DNA of 64,000 nucleotides from Pseudomonadales bacterium (GCA_965661125.1 CBFICI010000001.1:344850-408849); one strand, 5' to 3'; counted from the stretch's first letter, positions 18,811 to 29,591 are shown. The notes: generated by a model not told the origin, from the letters alone. Program-made: numbers and translations.

Positions 18811-19344
18811 TTGCGTATCAACGACAGCCGAAAAGAGCGGCCCAAAATTAACGACGAGATCACTGCCAAACAGGTAAGACTGGTCGGGCCGGCTGGAGAT
18901 CAAATCGGAGTTGTCAGCCTTGCTGACGCTTTGCAAGCAGCAGAAGAGGTCACACTCGACCTTGTAGAGATCGCGCCTATGGCCGAACCTCCTGTTTGCA
19001 AAGTGATGGATTACGGCAAGTTTGTTTTTGAGGCCAAAAAGCAGAAAGCGGCGGCCAAGAAAAAACAGAAGCAAACTCAAGTTAAAGAAATGAAGTTTCG
19101 TCCCCACACGGACATCGGAGACTATCAGGTCAAACTACGCAACCTGACACGTTTCCTTGAAGCGGGTGACAAGGCCAAGGTAACCCTACGGTTCCGCGGC
19201 CGAGAGATGGCTCACCAGGAGCTCGGAATGGAAATGCTTAAACGCATTGAAACCGACCTTGGCGAAATCTCCTCTGTCGAGCAGTACCCGAAAATGGAGG
19301 GTCGCCAACTCACTATGGTGTTGGCACCCAAAAAGAAAAACTAG
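18811..19344 (+). CDS. infC: Translation initiation factor IF-3 (non-ATG start)
   Basis: The sequence [14 protein letters not shown]...[12 protein letters not shown]...[12 protein letters not shown] aligns with E. coli IF3. The frame opens at 18799 and has no ATG or GTG before the conserved core. TTG 18811 or ATC 18817 is the start. Confidence 0.9.
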   Translation: MRINDSRKERPKINDEITAKQVRLVGPAGDQIGVVSLADALQAAEEVTLDLVEIAPMAEPPVCKVMDYGKFVFEAKKQKAAAKKKQKQTQVKEMKFRPHTDIGDYQVKLRNLTRFLEAGDKAKVTLRFRGREMAHQELGMEMLKRIETDLGEISSVEQYPKMEGRQLTMVLAPKKKN

Positions 19345-19415
19345 TCGCTACGGAATAATCCAAAAGCGCTAATTAACAAGTTCGCAGCAGGCTGCGACAA
19401 ATGCGGAGAAATACC

Positions 19416-19613
19416 ATGCCCAAGGCTAAAGTGCACAGCGGGGCTGCGAAACGGTTCAAGAAAACCGGTAGCGGTTCCTACAAGCATAAACATGCTTTCA
19501 AAAGTCACATCCTTACAAAGATGACCACCAAGCGTAAGCGTCAGCTGCGCGGTACATCTCAACTGAACAAGTCAGATACGGTTCATGTCGACCGTCTTCT
19601 GCGCGCCAAGTAA
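19416..19613 (+). CDS. rpmI: 50S ribosomal protein L35
   Basis: The protein starts [20 protein letters not shown]. The ORF track start was trimmed to ATG 19416, which follows GGAG. Confidence 0.9.
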   Translation: MPKAKVHSGAAKRFKKTGSGSYKHKHAFKSHILTKMTTKRKRQLRGTSQLNKSDTVHVDRLLRAK

Positions 19614-19627
19614 GGGGGATTTGACAC

Positions 19628-19984
19628 ATGCCACGAGTTAAACGAGGTGTCACTGCGCGTGCACGCCACAAGAAGGTAATGAAGCAGGCCAAAGGTTACT
19701 ACGGAGCCCGTAGCAGGGTTTATCGCGTAGCGACCCAGGCCGTTACCAAAGCCGGTCAATACGCTTACCGCGACCGTAAAGCCAAGAAACGCACATTCCG
19801 CCAGCTGTGGATTGCCCGTATCAACGCGCAGTCTCGCGCTGAAGGCATGACCTACAGTCAGCTGATGTCGGGTCTGAAAAAATCAGGTATTGAGCTCGAC
19901 CGACGCGTTCTGGCCGACATGGCAGTTCACGACAAGGCAGCTTTTGCCCAGGTAGTAGAGCAAGCCAAAGCCGCTCTGGCCTGA
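19628..19984 (+). CDS. rplT: 50S ribosomal protein L20
   Basis: The protein starts [28 protein letters not shown]. Confidence 0.95.
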   Translation: MPRVKRGVTARARHKKVMKQAKGYYGARSRVYRVATQAVTKAGQYAYRDRKAKKRTFRQLWIARINAQSRAEGMTYSQLMSGLKKSGIELDRRVLADMAVHDKAAFAQVVEQAKAALA

Positions 19985-20019
19985 TTTAAAGCGGGGCACC
20001 TGTAAGGGTGTTCCCTTGA

Positions 20020-21081
<1,062 letters not shown>

Positions 21082-21095
21082 GTAGGGGGCAGCAG

Positions 21096-23462
21096 ATGAA
21101 AATAAGCGAAAACTGGTTGCGAGAGTGGGTTAACCCGCCAATTGATACCGATGAATTGGTAAGTCAGCTCACCATGGCAGGGCTGGAAGTCGACTCGGTT
21201 GAGCCGGCTGGACAGTCGATTGCAGGCGTGGTGGTTGCAGAAATAGTCGAGGTAGCCGCGCACCCCGATGCCGACAAGCTGCGTGTATGCCAGGTGAACC
21301 TGGGCAGCGAGCAGGTGCAGATTGTTTGCGGTGCGCCAAACGCGGTAGTTGGCCTCAAAGCGCCCTGTGCCACGGTAGGTTCGGTACTGCCCGGCGATAT
21401 GAGAATTAAAAAAGCCAAGCTGCGCGGTGTCGAGTCGAGCGGCATGCTGTGCGGCGCCGACGAGTTGGGTTTTGATTTGCCCGGTGACGGCCTTTGGGAG
21501 CTTCCCGCCAGTGCTCCGGTGGGTGAGTCGCTGGCCGACTGGCTGCAACTGGACGACCAGGTAATCGAGGTTGACCTCACGCCTAACCGGGCTGACTGCC
21601 TATCGGTGCGAGGTGTCGCCCGGGAAACGGCCCTGTTGAACAATCAGGCTGCGCAAAGCCCGGCGATTAAACCGGTGGAAGCGACGATCGATCACCCGGT
21701 TCCGATCGAACTGTTGGCGCCCCAGGCGTGCCCGCTATATATCGGTCGCGTCATCCGTGGGGTAGACCTGTCCGCCGAGTCGCCCCTGTGGATGCAGGAG
21801 CGCTTGCGACGGGCAGGCATGCGCAGTATTGATGCCGTTGTCGATGTTACCAACTATGTGATGTTGGAACTGGGACAGCCGCTACATGCATTCGATTTAG
21901 CCCAGATAGATGGCGGAATCCGGGTTCGTGAGGCCGAACAGGGTGAGAAACTGACTCTGTTGGACGGCAAGGAATTGATACTGGATGACGATTGTCTGGT
22001 TATCGCCGACCATGCAAAACCCCTGGCCCTGGCGGGCATTATGGGCGGTGAGCACTCGGGTATTAGCGCAAACACCCGCGACATCATGCTGGAATCGGCC
22101 TTTTTTGCGCCTTCCGCCATCACAGGGCGAGCGCGTCGCTTTGGGCTGCATACCGAGTCGTCGCACCGTTTTGAACGGGGTGTAGATCCCCAGCTTGCGA
22201 AGCAGGCCCTTGAACGGGCGACCCGCCTGTTTCTGGATATTTGCGGCGGTCAGGCCGGCCCGGCGTGTCAAGCCATTGAAGAAGGCGCTTTACCGATAGC
22301 AATTCATATTCATATGCGACGCAAACGCTGTCTTGGCCTGATTGGCATGGAAATCAGCGATGAGCGTATAGGGCAGGTTCTTGAAGGCATTGGCTGCGAG
22401 GTGACAGCACAGGATGATGGCTGGACGGCCGTGCCACCCAGCTGGCGCTTTGACCTTGCCCTGGAAGTCGACCTGATTGAAGAGGTTGCGCGGGTGGTGG
22501 GATACGAGAATATTCCCGAGATACGACAGCAAGCCGCGGTGGTACCTGGGTTGGCACCAGAAAATCGAAGCGGTAGCCGAGAGCTTGCCGACCATCTGGT
22601 GTCGCGTGGTTTCCGCGAAGCTGTTACCTATAGCTTTGTGGCACCGGAATTGGCCGGGCTGGTTGCCAGTGAGAAAGAACAGGTTCAGGTAACTAACCCC
22701 ATATCGGCCGACCTGTCTGTGATGCGGCCATCGCTGCTGCCGGGTTTGTTGGCTGCAGCCAGGCGCAATCTCGATCGCCAGGAAGCACGGGTGATGCTGT
22801 TTGAAACGGGTTCGCGTTTCAGCGGTGGGGACGGTTTTGGTCAAAGAGCGGAATTGGCGCTGGTGATGTGTGGTAACCGGCAGCCAGAATCCTGGGCAAA
22901 TTCTACCAATGCTGTCGACTACTTTGCCGTGCGCGCCGAGTTGGAACTGTTAATGGCAGCCGCCGGGCTGGATTACCAGCTAGTGGCAGACGCACAGAGT
23001 GACCTGTATCACCCGGGCCAGTCGGCACGCCTGTTAGTGGACGGCAAGCAGGTGGGCAGGCTTGGAGTGCTACACCCGGCTGCAGCCACCAGCCTGGATA
23101 TAGAAAGCGCTGTTGCCTGCCTCGAGGTCAACCTGAAACTGCTTGAGCAGCGCGGTATTCCGGCATTTGAGCCCCTCAGTAAATACCCTGCAGTACGCCG
23201 CGATATCGCCCTGTTGGTTGACCGTGATTTGAGCGGTGCCGAGCTTCTCGAAAGTATTCATGAAGCCGGTTCTGATGCACTTAAACAGGTCAGAATCTTC
23301 GATATATATACCGGCCAGGGTATTGATTCCAATAAAAAAAGTGTCGCGCTGGGCTTGACCTTTAGAGCAACTTCCCGCACTCTGAAAGACGAAGAGATTG
23401 GGGCAGAAGTGGCCACTATTGTCGAGCAGCTTAGCCAGCGGCACGGTGCCATACAAAGGTAA
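21096..23462 (+). CDS. pheT: Phenylalanine--tRNA ligase beta subunit
   Basis: This 788-aa ORF starts [12 protein letters not shown]. It has B3/4 and B5 domains and sits after pheS. Confidence 0.95.
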   Translation: MKISENWLREWVNPPIDTDELVSQLTMAGLEVDSVEPAGQSIAGVVVAEIVEVAAHPDADKLRVCQVNLGSEQVQIVCGAPNAVVGLKAPCATVGSVLPGDMRIKKAKLRGVESSGMLCGADELGFDLPGDGLWELPASAPVGESLADWLQLDDQVIEVDLTPNRADCLSVRGVARETALLNNQAAQSPAIKPVEATIDHPVPIELLAPQACPLYIGRVIRGVDLSAESPLWMQERLRRAGMRSIDAVVDVTNYVMLELGQPLHAFDLAQIDGGIRVREAEQGEKLTLLDGKELILDDDCLVIADHAKPLALAGIMGGEHSGISANTRDIMLESAFFAPSAITGRARRFGLHTESSHRFERGVDPQLAKQALERATRLFLDICGGQAGPACQAIEEGALPIAIHIHMRRKRCLGLIGMEISDERIGQVLEGIGCEVTAQDDGWTAVPPSWRFDLALEVDLIEEVARVVGYENIPEIRQQAAVVPGLAPENRSGSRELADHLVSRGFREAVTYSFVAPELAGLVASEKEQVQVTNPISADLSVMRPSLLPGLLAAARRNLDRQEARVMLFETGSRFSGGDGFGQRAELALVMCGNRQPESWANSTNAVDYFAVRAELELLMAAAGLDYQLVADAQSDLYHPGQSARLLVDGKQVGRLGVLHPAAATSLDIESAVACLEVNLKLLEQRGIPAFEPLSKYPAVRRDIALLVDRDLSGAELLESIHEAGSDALKQVRIFDIYTGQGIDSNKKSVALGLTFRATSRTLKDEEIGAEVATIVEQLSQRHGAIQR

Positions 23463-23466
23463 GACT

Positions 23467-23775
23467 ATGTCAAACGCTTTGACCAAAGCCGGGATTGCCG
23501 AGATGCTTTTCGAAGATCTCGGCCTAAACAAACGCGAAGCAAAAGAAATTGTCGAAAGCTTCTTTGAGGAGATTCGTCAATCGCTTGAAAACAACGAATC
23601 AGTAAAACTGTCCGGCTTCGGAAACTTCGAACTTCGCGACAAGACACCTCGACCCGGACGCAATCCAAAAACCGGTGAAGAAATTCCTATTTCGGCTAGG
23701 CGGGTCGTGACGTTCCGCCCCGGCCAGAAATTGCGCGCAAGAGTAGAGGAAGATGCTGGAAGCCAGTCAGAATAA
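23467..23775 (+). CDS. ihfA: Integration host factor alpha subunit
   Basis: The sequence is [36 protein letters not shown]...[24 protein letters not shown]. Confidence 0.9.
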   Translation: MSNALTKAGIAEMLFEDLGLNKREAKEIVESFFEEIRQSLENNESVKLSGFGNFELRDKTPRPGRNPKTGEEIPISARRVVTFRPGQKLRARVEEDAGSQSE

Positions 23776-24106
23776 CCAGTTGCCGGAGATTCCCGGCAAG
23801 CGCTACTTTACCATTGGCGAAGTTAGCACCCTGTGCGATGTGAAGCCGCACGTGTTGCGTTATTGGGAGCAGGAATTTCCCAACCTTAGCCCTATTAAGC
23901 GTCGCGGCAATCGCCGCTATTATCAACGCCAGGACGTTATTCTTATCCGCCAAATTCGAGCCCTGCTTTACGAGCAAGGCTATACCATTGGCGGCGCCCG
24001 CCATCGATTGACTCAGGGCGATGAAGACGGTGTTGACCGCAAATATCGCGAACTTCTGGGCGATATGATTGGCGAACTCGAGGAGCTTCGCGACAGTCTC
24101 AAATGA
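23753..24106 (+). CDS. MerR-family transcriptional regulator
   Basis: The HTH reads [24 protein letters not shown]. It overlaps the ihfA 3' end and occupies the conserved position after ihfA. Confidence 0.8.
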   Translation: MLEASQNNQLPEIPGKRYFTIGEVSTLCDVKPHVLRYWEQEFPNLSPIKRRGNRRYYQRQDVILIRQIRALLYEQGYTIGGARHRLTQGDEDGVDRKYRELLGDMIGELEELRDSLK

Positions 24107-24144
24107 ATGCGGTGTGAACCCTTTAAAAGCCTTTGGTAGCGGTT

Positions 24145-24171
24145 TTGAAAAGTGTGCCTCTCGTGTATTAT
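24145..24171 (+). promoter_or_regulatory. Possible sigma70 promoter of tRNA-Pro(GGG)
   Basis: The sequence is TTGAAA-15 nt-TATTAT followed by a GC-rich discriminator (gccgccctcgc). The spacer is short. Confidence 0.3.
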
Positions 24172-24192
24172 GCCGCCCTCGCAAGATCAGAC

Positions 24193-24269
24193 CGGAGCGT
24201 AGCGCAGTCTGGTAGCGCACCACACTGGGGGTGTGGTGGTCGTCGGTTCAAATCCGGCCGCTCCGACCA
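24193..24269 (+). tRNA. tRNA-Pro (anticodon GGG)
   Basis: The acceptor stem pairs CGGAGCG with CGCTCCG. The anticodon stem is ccaca/tgtgg with loop CTGGGGG. CCA is encoded. Confidence 0.9.
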
Positions 24270-24270
24270 T

Positions 24271-24313
24271 TTCCATTAAAAAAGCCCGCCTTTGGCGGGC
24301 TTTTTTAATGGAA
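24271..24313 (+). terminator. Rho-independent terminator after tRNA-Pro(GGG)
   Basis: The sequence ttccattaaaaaagcccgcc-tttg-gcgggcttttttaatggaa is a perfect palindrome. Confidence 0.8.
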
Positions 24314-24411
24314 CAGGGCGGAGCTGATTGGGGTCCGACGAAGTCGGTTCACAAAATTGCCTGAAAGTGCCAAGGCAGGCTAAAAAATAGGTAAAGCTTT
24401 ACTTAGAGCGG

Positions 24412-24440
24412 TTGAGCAATTGCCAAGCGCTGGCTAATAT
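24412..24440 (+). promoter_or_regulatory. Putative sigma70 promoter of the EF-hand gene
   Basis: The sequence is TTGAGC-17 nt-TAATAT. Confidence 0.4.
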
Positions 24441-24481
24441 CCATGACACAAACTAATCTACAAAAATACTTCGGGGGAACC

Positions 24482-24754
24482 ATGACAAAAAATATTCTGA
24501 AACTTTCATTGATGGCGGCTGCTTTTTCATTACCAGGCACGGCGTTGGCTGAGATTACCGATGGCAAGTGTGCGCCAAACTTCAGCGGTAATGTGCCCAA
24601 TAAGTTCGCCACCGTAGACACCGACGGCAATGGTGAAGTCAGCAAAGAAGAACTGGGCGAATATGTGGCCGGTGGGCAGCTGGACACTTTGTTCGGGCGT
24701 TGGGATGCCGACGGCAGTGGCGCCATGAGCGAAGAAGAGTTTTGCTATCGATAG
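24482..24754 (+). CDS. Small secreted EF-hand calcium-binding protein
   Basis: ATG 24482 follows GGGGGA. The signal peptide is MTKNILKLSLMAAAFSLPGTALA. There are two canonical EF loops, DTDGNGEVSKEE and DADGSGAMSEEE. Confidence 0.7.
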   Translation: MTKNILKLSLMAAAFSLPGTALAEITDGKCAPNFSGNVPNKFATVDTDGNGEVSKEELGEYVAGGQLDTLFGRWDADGSGAMSEEEFCYR

Positions 24755-24774
24755 GTGGCAAAAGTCAGCCAAAT

Positions 24775-24802
24775 GAAAAAGGGGCCGTCGGCCCCTTTTT
24801 TT
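24775..24802. terminator. Bidirectional terminator between the convergent EF-hand and flavodoxin genes
   Basis: The hairpin is aaaaa-ggggcc-gtc-ggcccc-ttttttt. Confidence 0.7.
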
Positions 24803-24806
24803 ATAT

Positions 24807-25325
24807 TTAGTCCCGGTCGGTCAGCCCTAACAGCTTAAGCCACTCCAGAATGCGGTTTTCGGTGAGTTCCGGCTGAGTTTCTTCATCGAGAGCCAGCCCA
24901 ACAAAGTATCTATCACCCTCGCAAAGGGCCTGAGACTCGTTGAACTGATACCCCTGGATAGGCCAGTGGCCCTGAAGCTTCGCTCCGCAAGCAATCAACT
25001 GGTGATACAGGTAGCCCATGGCGTCCTGAAACCAGTCGGGATAACCGCCCTGGTCACCCAGTCCAAATATGGCGCATTCGCGCCCGCCAAGATTCAGCTC
25101 TGTTAGTTCGTCCCAGCAATCATCCCAGTCTTCCTGCAATTCGCCGTAATCCCAGGTGGGAATACCGAAAATCAGGCTGTCGTAACTGAGGCAGGCCTGG
25201 ATGGAGGTCGTCGACAGGTCATGCAAATGGCAGTTTTCCTTGCCCAAGAGCTGTTGAATCTGCTCGGCCACCATCTGGGTGTAGCAAGTTGTGGAGCCAT
25301 AAAACAGGCCGATGGGCAGTTTCAT
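24807..25325 (-). CDS. fldB: Long-chain flavodoxin (FldB-like)
   Basis: The sequence [18 protein letters not shown]...[15 protein letters not shown]...FVGLALDE aligns with E. coli FldB. Confidence 0.8.
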   Translation of the reverse strand: MKLPIGLFYGSTTCYTQMVAEQIQQLLGKENCHLHDLSTTSIQACLSYDSLIFGIPTWDYGELQEDWDDCWDELTELNLGGRECAIFGLGDQGGYPDWFQDAMGYLYHQLIACGAKLQGHWPIQGYQFNESQALCEGDRYFVGLALDEETQPELTENRILEWLKLLGLTDRD

Positions 25326-25786
25326 AGGCCGCCCTCAAAGTCCAGTTGTCGCCAGGCTTCAAACAGGGTTAAGGCAACGGCGTTGGACAGGTTAAGGCTG
25401 CGGCTGTTCGGTGCCATGGGTATACGCAAGCGATGATCTGCGGGGAACCAGTTCAGCAAGTCTTGCGGCAAGCCACGTGTTTCAGGCCCAAACACCAGAT
25501 GATCCCCGGCGCGGAACGCTGCGCCGGCGTAGGGTAGCGTTCCGCGTGTGCTGATCGCATAGCGAGTGGCTTCTCCCGTTGCCTCAAGATACTGTTGCCA
25601 GCCAGGGTAGCGACTTACCCTCTGCCAGTCGATGTAGTCGAGTCCGGCCCGCGAAACCCGCTTGTCGTCCAGCTCAAACCCGAGCGGCTCAATCAGGTGC
25701 AGCTCACTGCCGCTGTTGTGAATGAGGCGCAGAACATTCCCGGTATTGGGCGGTATTTCTGGCTGGTACAGCACGATATGAATCAC
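25322..25786 (-). CDS. trmL: tRNA (cytidine/uridine(34)-2'-O)-methyltransferase TrmL (SpoU family)
   Basis: The 154-aa protein starts [21 protein letters not shown], contains LHLIEPLGF and ends with a SPOUT knot motif ([10 protein letters not shown]). Its stop overlaps the fldB start (ATGA). Confidence 0.85.
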   Translation of the reverse strand: MIHIVLYQPEIPPNTGNVLRLIHNSGSELHLIEPLGFELDDKRVSRAGLDYIDWQRVSRYPGWQQYLEATGEATRYAISTRGTLPYAGAAFRAGDHLVFGPETRGLPQDLLNWFPADHRLRIPMAPNSRSLNLSNAVALTLFEAWRQLDFEGGL

Positions 25787-25798
25787 CTGATAACGGGC

Positions 25799-26308
25799 TC
25801 AGCGGTCGGTTTCTACCATCAGGTCGTCGGCCAACGCTTCAAGCGCCGTTTCCACCTGATCGATTTGCATATCTGCCGGCAGTGAAATACGGCAATCCAG
25901 ATGAAAAGTCATGTCCGATGACATGGGCGCCGGTTCAATTTCCGTTTCCATTTCTTCAATGTTTACCTGCAATCTGGACAAGATGGCTGCGACTTCGGCC
26001 ACAATGCCCGGTCGGTCGGCGCCCACTACTTTCAGCTGGTAGTGTTGTGAATCGCCATCGGCTGCAGCGCCCACTGGTTCAATGAGTAGTTTGGACGCTT
26101 GCTTGCGTACATCCTGCATAGCCTGCTCCAGCTGCGGCAGTTGCTCGGTTGGCAGGTTGATTTCGATAATGCCGCCAAACATTCCACCCAGATTTACACT
26201 GCGGCTGGCCAGCCAGCTTCCGCCCTGACTGCTCACGGCCTGGCTGAGCTGGTCTACAAGGCCGGGTTTGTCTTTGCCCAGGTAGGATATGACGTAGTTC
26301 TGTCGCAT
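25799..26308 (-). CDS. Tandem ACT-domain protein, GcvR-like (glycine cleavage system regulator family)
   Basis: The 169-aa protein has two ACT-like modules, GKDKPGLVDQLSQAV and GADRPGIVAEVAAIL. Confidence 0.65.
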   Translation of the reverse strand: MRQNYVISYLGKDKPGLVDQLSQAVSSQGGSWLASRSVNLGGMFGGIIEINLPTEQLPQLEQAMQDVRKQASKLLIEPVGAAADGDSQHYQLKVVGADRPGIVAEVAAILSRLQVNIEEMETEIEPAPMSSDMTFHLDCRISLPADMQIDQVETALEALADDLMVETDR

Positions 26309-26371
26309 GTTGTCCTCTCGACTTGTATGATCGGTGCGCTTGAAAAATTGTCGGAGCAGTGAGAAAGCCCC

Positions 26372-26611
26372 ATGCCCATCATTCTACCTTGGCAGCAAGT
26401 TGAACAGGACACCCTGATGCGCCTGCTTGCCGAAGTGGTAAGCCGGGACGGTACAGATTACGGTGGCCATGAGCTCAGCCAGATGGACAAATGCCAACAG
26501 GCGTTGGCAAATCTGAAACAGGGCAGGGCGGTGCTCTGTTGGGACGATGACACCGAGACGGCTAGCCTGATGAGCCAGGAGGCCTTCGATAAATTGAGCC
26601 CTGCCTCATGA
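26372..26611 (+). CDS. yheU: YheU-family (UPF0270) protein
   Basis: The sequence ILPWQQVEQDTLMRLLAEVVSRDGTDYGGHE aligns with E. coli YheU ([30 protein letters not shown]). Confidence 0.8.
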   Translation: MPIILPWQQVEQDTLMRLLAEVVSRDGTDYGGHELSQMDKCQQALANLKQGRAVLCWDDDTETASLMSQEAFDKLSPAS

Positions 26612-26862
26612 GATCGCTGGCCCTGTTAAACCTGATATTGCGCGTCAGCGGGCTTTTGCTGCTACTCGTGGGACTAATGGGGCTGCGGGAATGGTCGGGT
26701 GAGTACCCGGGTTGGTTGTTTCAGTTAACCGGCGATATCGAGGCCGTGCGTGGCATCACCATCGCCTCTTTACTGGTGGGTGCGCTCGATTTGTATCTGC
26801 CAAGGCACCTCAACGGAATATACCGGCGCTCGCAGCAGCGCAGCGATGATCGGCAGGACTAG
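26608..26862 (+). CDS. Small hypothetical membrane protein (2 predicted TM helices)
   Basis: The 84-aa ORF overlaps the yheU stop (ATGA). It has two hydrophobic segments, LLNLILRVSGLLLLLVGLMGL and ITIASLLVGALDLYL. I recognise no family. Confidence 0.45.
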   Translation: MRSLALLNLILRVSGLLLLLVGLMGLREWSGEYPGWLFQLTGDIEAVRGITIASLLVGALDLYLPRHLNGIYRRSQQRSDDRQD

Positions 26863-27557
26863 CTGCGATTCATCAGGCTGGCGATTGCCGCGATAGCCTC
26901 GGGGTCCTTCTCTTTCAGCTTGTTGGCAATGTGATGCTGGAAGAAGTACTGAAAATCTTCCCGCTCGCCGACCGAAAAGAGGCAGTCGTCTCCAGGCAGA
27001 ACCGGCGTGGTGGTTACCTTGCTTTCGTCGATTAGCATGGCGCTAATCTCACCACTTTGCAGTAATTGCCAGCTAACCACTTCCGCCAGGGTAATGCTTT
27101 CGAAACCATCGCCGGACAGTACCGCATGGGTTCCAATGTTGTCAGGAATTTCCTGCAACACCTCCTCTTCGGATTCGCATTCGAACTGATAGTAGTCGGC
27201 GGCGCTATCCAGCTCGATAATCTTGTGTGCCGGCGGCTCGAAAAATACCTCTTCAATACCGGCGTCGTAGTACCCTTGCCACGAACCATGAAAGGGGTCG
27301 TCGATTTCTGTGCAGGGCATCAACTGGTTCATCCAGGGCACCAGGCCGTCAACCTCGCCATTCTCGCGCAGTCCCCAGGCCAGAATTTTCAGAGTAAATA
27401 GTTTGTTCGGGTGTTGTTCGTTGCTGTAGAGCATGTCGAGACCGTCGATCTCGGGTGCCATGCGAATGAAGCGGCGTTGTTTCTGCTCGGACCAGGTGCG
27501 CCCGGAGAAGATGTCGATAACGTTGGAGTGTTCGGATGCCATCGGCGTGTCGGTCAT
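26859..27557 (-). CDS. Hypothetical acidic cytoplasmic protein (232 aa), family not recognised
   Basis: The ORF track frame 26859..27632 was trimmed to ATG 27557, which lies 5 nt after GGAGG. The sequence is coding-like and non-repetitive. Confidence 0.6.
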   Translation of the reverse strand: MTDTPMASEHSNVIDIFSGRTWSEQKQRRFIRMAPEIDGLDMLYSNEQHPNKLFTLKILAWGLRENGEVDGLVPWMNQLMPCTEIDDPFHGSWQGYYDAGIEEVFFEPPAHKIIELDSAADYYQFECESEEEVLQEIPDNIGTHAVLSGDGFESITLAEVVSWQLLQSGEISAMLIDESKVTTTPVLPGDDCLFSVGEREDFQYFFQHHIANKLKEKDPEAIAAIASLMNRS

Positions 27558-27768
27558 GAAGCCTCCAGAGCGCGTAATGCGGAATGCGACGCTAACACCA
27601 TATACGGTATAGATGGCGAAACCAAAACACAAGACCTTGTGGTATTGCAGGTTTTATGATGTACTCTTTCGCTTCCCCGAAGCGACTTTTTTCCGGCGGT
27701 TTTTCGCCCTGGTAGCGCTGTCCGATAGAATGCTTCCCTGAATATGTTCAGCCTCTGTTGCATAACAA

Positions 27769-28320
27769 ATGATCGCCAACGCCCGGCAGCTTGAGCTGCT
27801 ATTTGAACAAGTGTTCCTGTCGCACTGGCACACCCGGCTGTTGGGTGGGGCGGCAGAACCCGAGTACTACCCGTCAAAGCAGGGGCTGGCTGAAATACAC
27901 TATCGAGCCGACTATGTTCGTTCGGCGCTCCACGAAGTAGCCCATTGGTGCATTGCCGGAACAGAGCGCAGAAAACAGCATGATTATGGTTATTGGTATC
28001 AGCCGGATGGACGCTCGGCCGATCAGCAGAAGGAGTTTTTTCGCGTGGAGTTAAAACCGCAAGCCCTGGAGTGGGTGTTTTCTCTCGCCGCTGGCGTGCG
28101 ATTCGAGCCCAGCCTTGACAATCTGGGTGGCAATGCCGGGCTGAATGGCGAAACGACTGTCAGTTTCAGCCGCAAGTTGGCCGAAAGAGTAGATTGGCTG
28201 TTGCAAGGCCACCTGAATCAGCGCTCACTGCTCTGGGTGTCTGTGCTACTCGGGCGTGAGGGTGCCACTGAAGCCGAAATTTATGGGCTGCTGCGCCAGC
28301 GAAAGAGCGGGGTCACTTGA
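27769..28320 (+). CDS. epmC: Elongation factor P hydroxylase EpmC (YfcM family)
   Basis: The sequence LHEVAHWCIAGTERRKQHDYGYWYQPDGRSADQQKEFFRVELKPQALEW aligns with E. coli YfcM (IHEISHWCIAG...DFGYWYCPDGR...VEVKPQALDW). Confidence 0.85.
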   Translation: MIANARQLELLFEQVFLSHWHTRLLGGAAEPEYYPSKQGLAEIHYRADYVRSALHEVAHWCIAGTERRKQHDYGYWYQPDGRSADQQKEFFRVELKPQALEWVFSLAAGVRFEPSLDNLGGNAGLNGETTVSFSRKLAERVDWLLQGHLNQRSLLWVSVLLGREGATEAEIYGLLRQRKSGVT

Positions 28321-29399
28321 TGAAGTTGTCGATCGACCAAAATATTCCCCTGCCGAAAGAATGGTTGCCGGCCCAGGGTATCGAGATTGAGACCTTCGAT
28401 GGCCGTCAGCTCACCAGTGCAGGTCTTCAACACACCGATCTGCTGTTCGTGCGTTCGGTTACGCAGGTAAACCGGGAGCTATTGCAAGGCTCAGCTGTGC
28501 GCTTTGTGGGGTCTGCCACAGCGGGTTTTGATCACATGATCGGCTCGCAACTGGAAGAGCTTGGCATCGCCTGGAGCTGCGCTCCAGGCTGCAATGCCGA
28601 CGCTGTTGTGGATTATGTGCTGGCCAGCCTGGCCCGATTGTTCATTGATCCACGAAAACGCCGTGTTGGCATTGTGGGTTGTGGTCAGGTCGGAGGGCGT
28701 CTGTACCGTCGATTGCGGCAGCTGGGTGTGGAAGCACTCTGCTACGACCCCTTTCTGCAAAATTCGCAGCAGCCTGGGCTGGTCGAGCTGGATGAGCTGC
28801 TTTCGAGCTGCGATCTGGTGAGTCTGCACACGCCGCTTACGAGGGCGGGGGCTCACTCAACCTTTCACATGCTGGACGCCCGTCGGTTGGGCCTGTTGAA
28901 ACCCGACAGCCTGCTGATTAATGCGGGCCGGGGAGGCGTGATTGATGAGCAGGCCTTGTTGCAGCGGCTGCGCCGTGATCAGGACTTGCGTCTAGTGCTG
29001 GATGTTTGGGAGGGGGAGCCGCATATCAGTGCCGAGTTGCAGCAGTACGCCTCTCTGGCAACGCCCCATATTGCCGGCTACAGCAGTCGCGGCAAGTTGC
29101 GCGGAAGCTGGATGCTGATACATGAGCTGAATCGTCAACTCGAATTGAATTGGCCCGTGCCGGCGGAATTACCAAAAGTGTTCACCGATATGCAGTTAGC
29201 GGCCGGTTTGGACTGGCGTTCGGCGATTCTCGACCTATACGACCCGGCTGAAGACGATATGCGCCTGCGCGATGCCTACGAGGTGGAAAAGGGCGCCGGG
29301 TTTGATCGGCTGCGCCGGCAGTATCCACAACGAGCAGAGCTGAGCGAATGCCGGGTTAATGAGCCTGAACTGGAATGTTGGGGATTCAGCCGCGGCTAA
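28317..29399 (+). CDS. pdxB: 4-phosphoerythronate dehydrogenase
   Basis: The 360-aa protein has a 2-hydroxyacid dehydrogenase fold with the motif GIVGCGQVGGRL and a PdxB-type C-terminal dimerisation region. Its start overlaps the epmC stop. Confidence 0.85.
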   Translation: MMKLSIDQNIPLPKEWLPAQGIEIETFDGRQLTSAGLQHTDLLFVRSVTQVNRELLQGSAVRFVGSATAGFDHMIGSQLEELGIAWSCAPGCNADAVVDYVLASLARLFIDPRKRRVGIVGCGQVGGRLYRRLRQLGVEALCYDPFLQNSQQPGLVELDELLSSCDLVSLHTPLTRAGAHSTFHMLDARRLGLLKPDSLLINAGRGGVIDEQALLQRLRRDQDLRLVLDVWEGEPHISAELQQYASLATPHIAGYSSRGKLRGSWMLIHELNRQLELNWPVPAELPKVFTDMQLAAGLDWRSAILDLYDPAEDDMRLRDAYEVEKGAGFDRLRRQYPQRAELSECRVNEPELECWGFSRG

Positions 29400-29414
29400 A
29401 TCTCGGCCAACAGG

Positions 29415-29591
29415 CTATTTTTTCTCTTCGACCTCGGGGTAGGCTTCTTCATCCAGCTGATGAATAGCCTTGCGCACCATCTCTTCGGTTATAGCTATTT
29501 CCTCGCCTGACTCGGTGACGATTGCCGCTTCGTGGAAATCTACCTTTTCCTGATCCTGCTTGTCCTTCTGGCGGACTTCTTTACCGCTCAT
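29415..29591 (-). CDS. Small acidic hypothetical protein (58 aa)
   Basis: The sequence is MSGKEVRQKDKQDQEKVDFHEAAIVTESGEEIAITEEMVRKAIHQLDEEAYPEVEEKK. ATG 29591 lies 31 nt downstream of the aminotransferase stop on the same strand. Confidence 0.4.
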   Translation of the reverse strand: MSGKEVRQKDKQDQEKVDFHEAAIVTESGEEIAITEEMVRKAIHQLDEEAYPEVEEKK

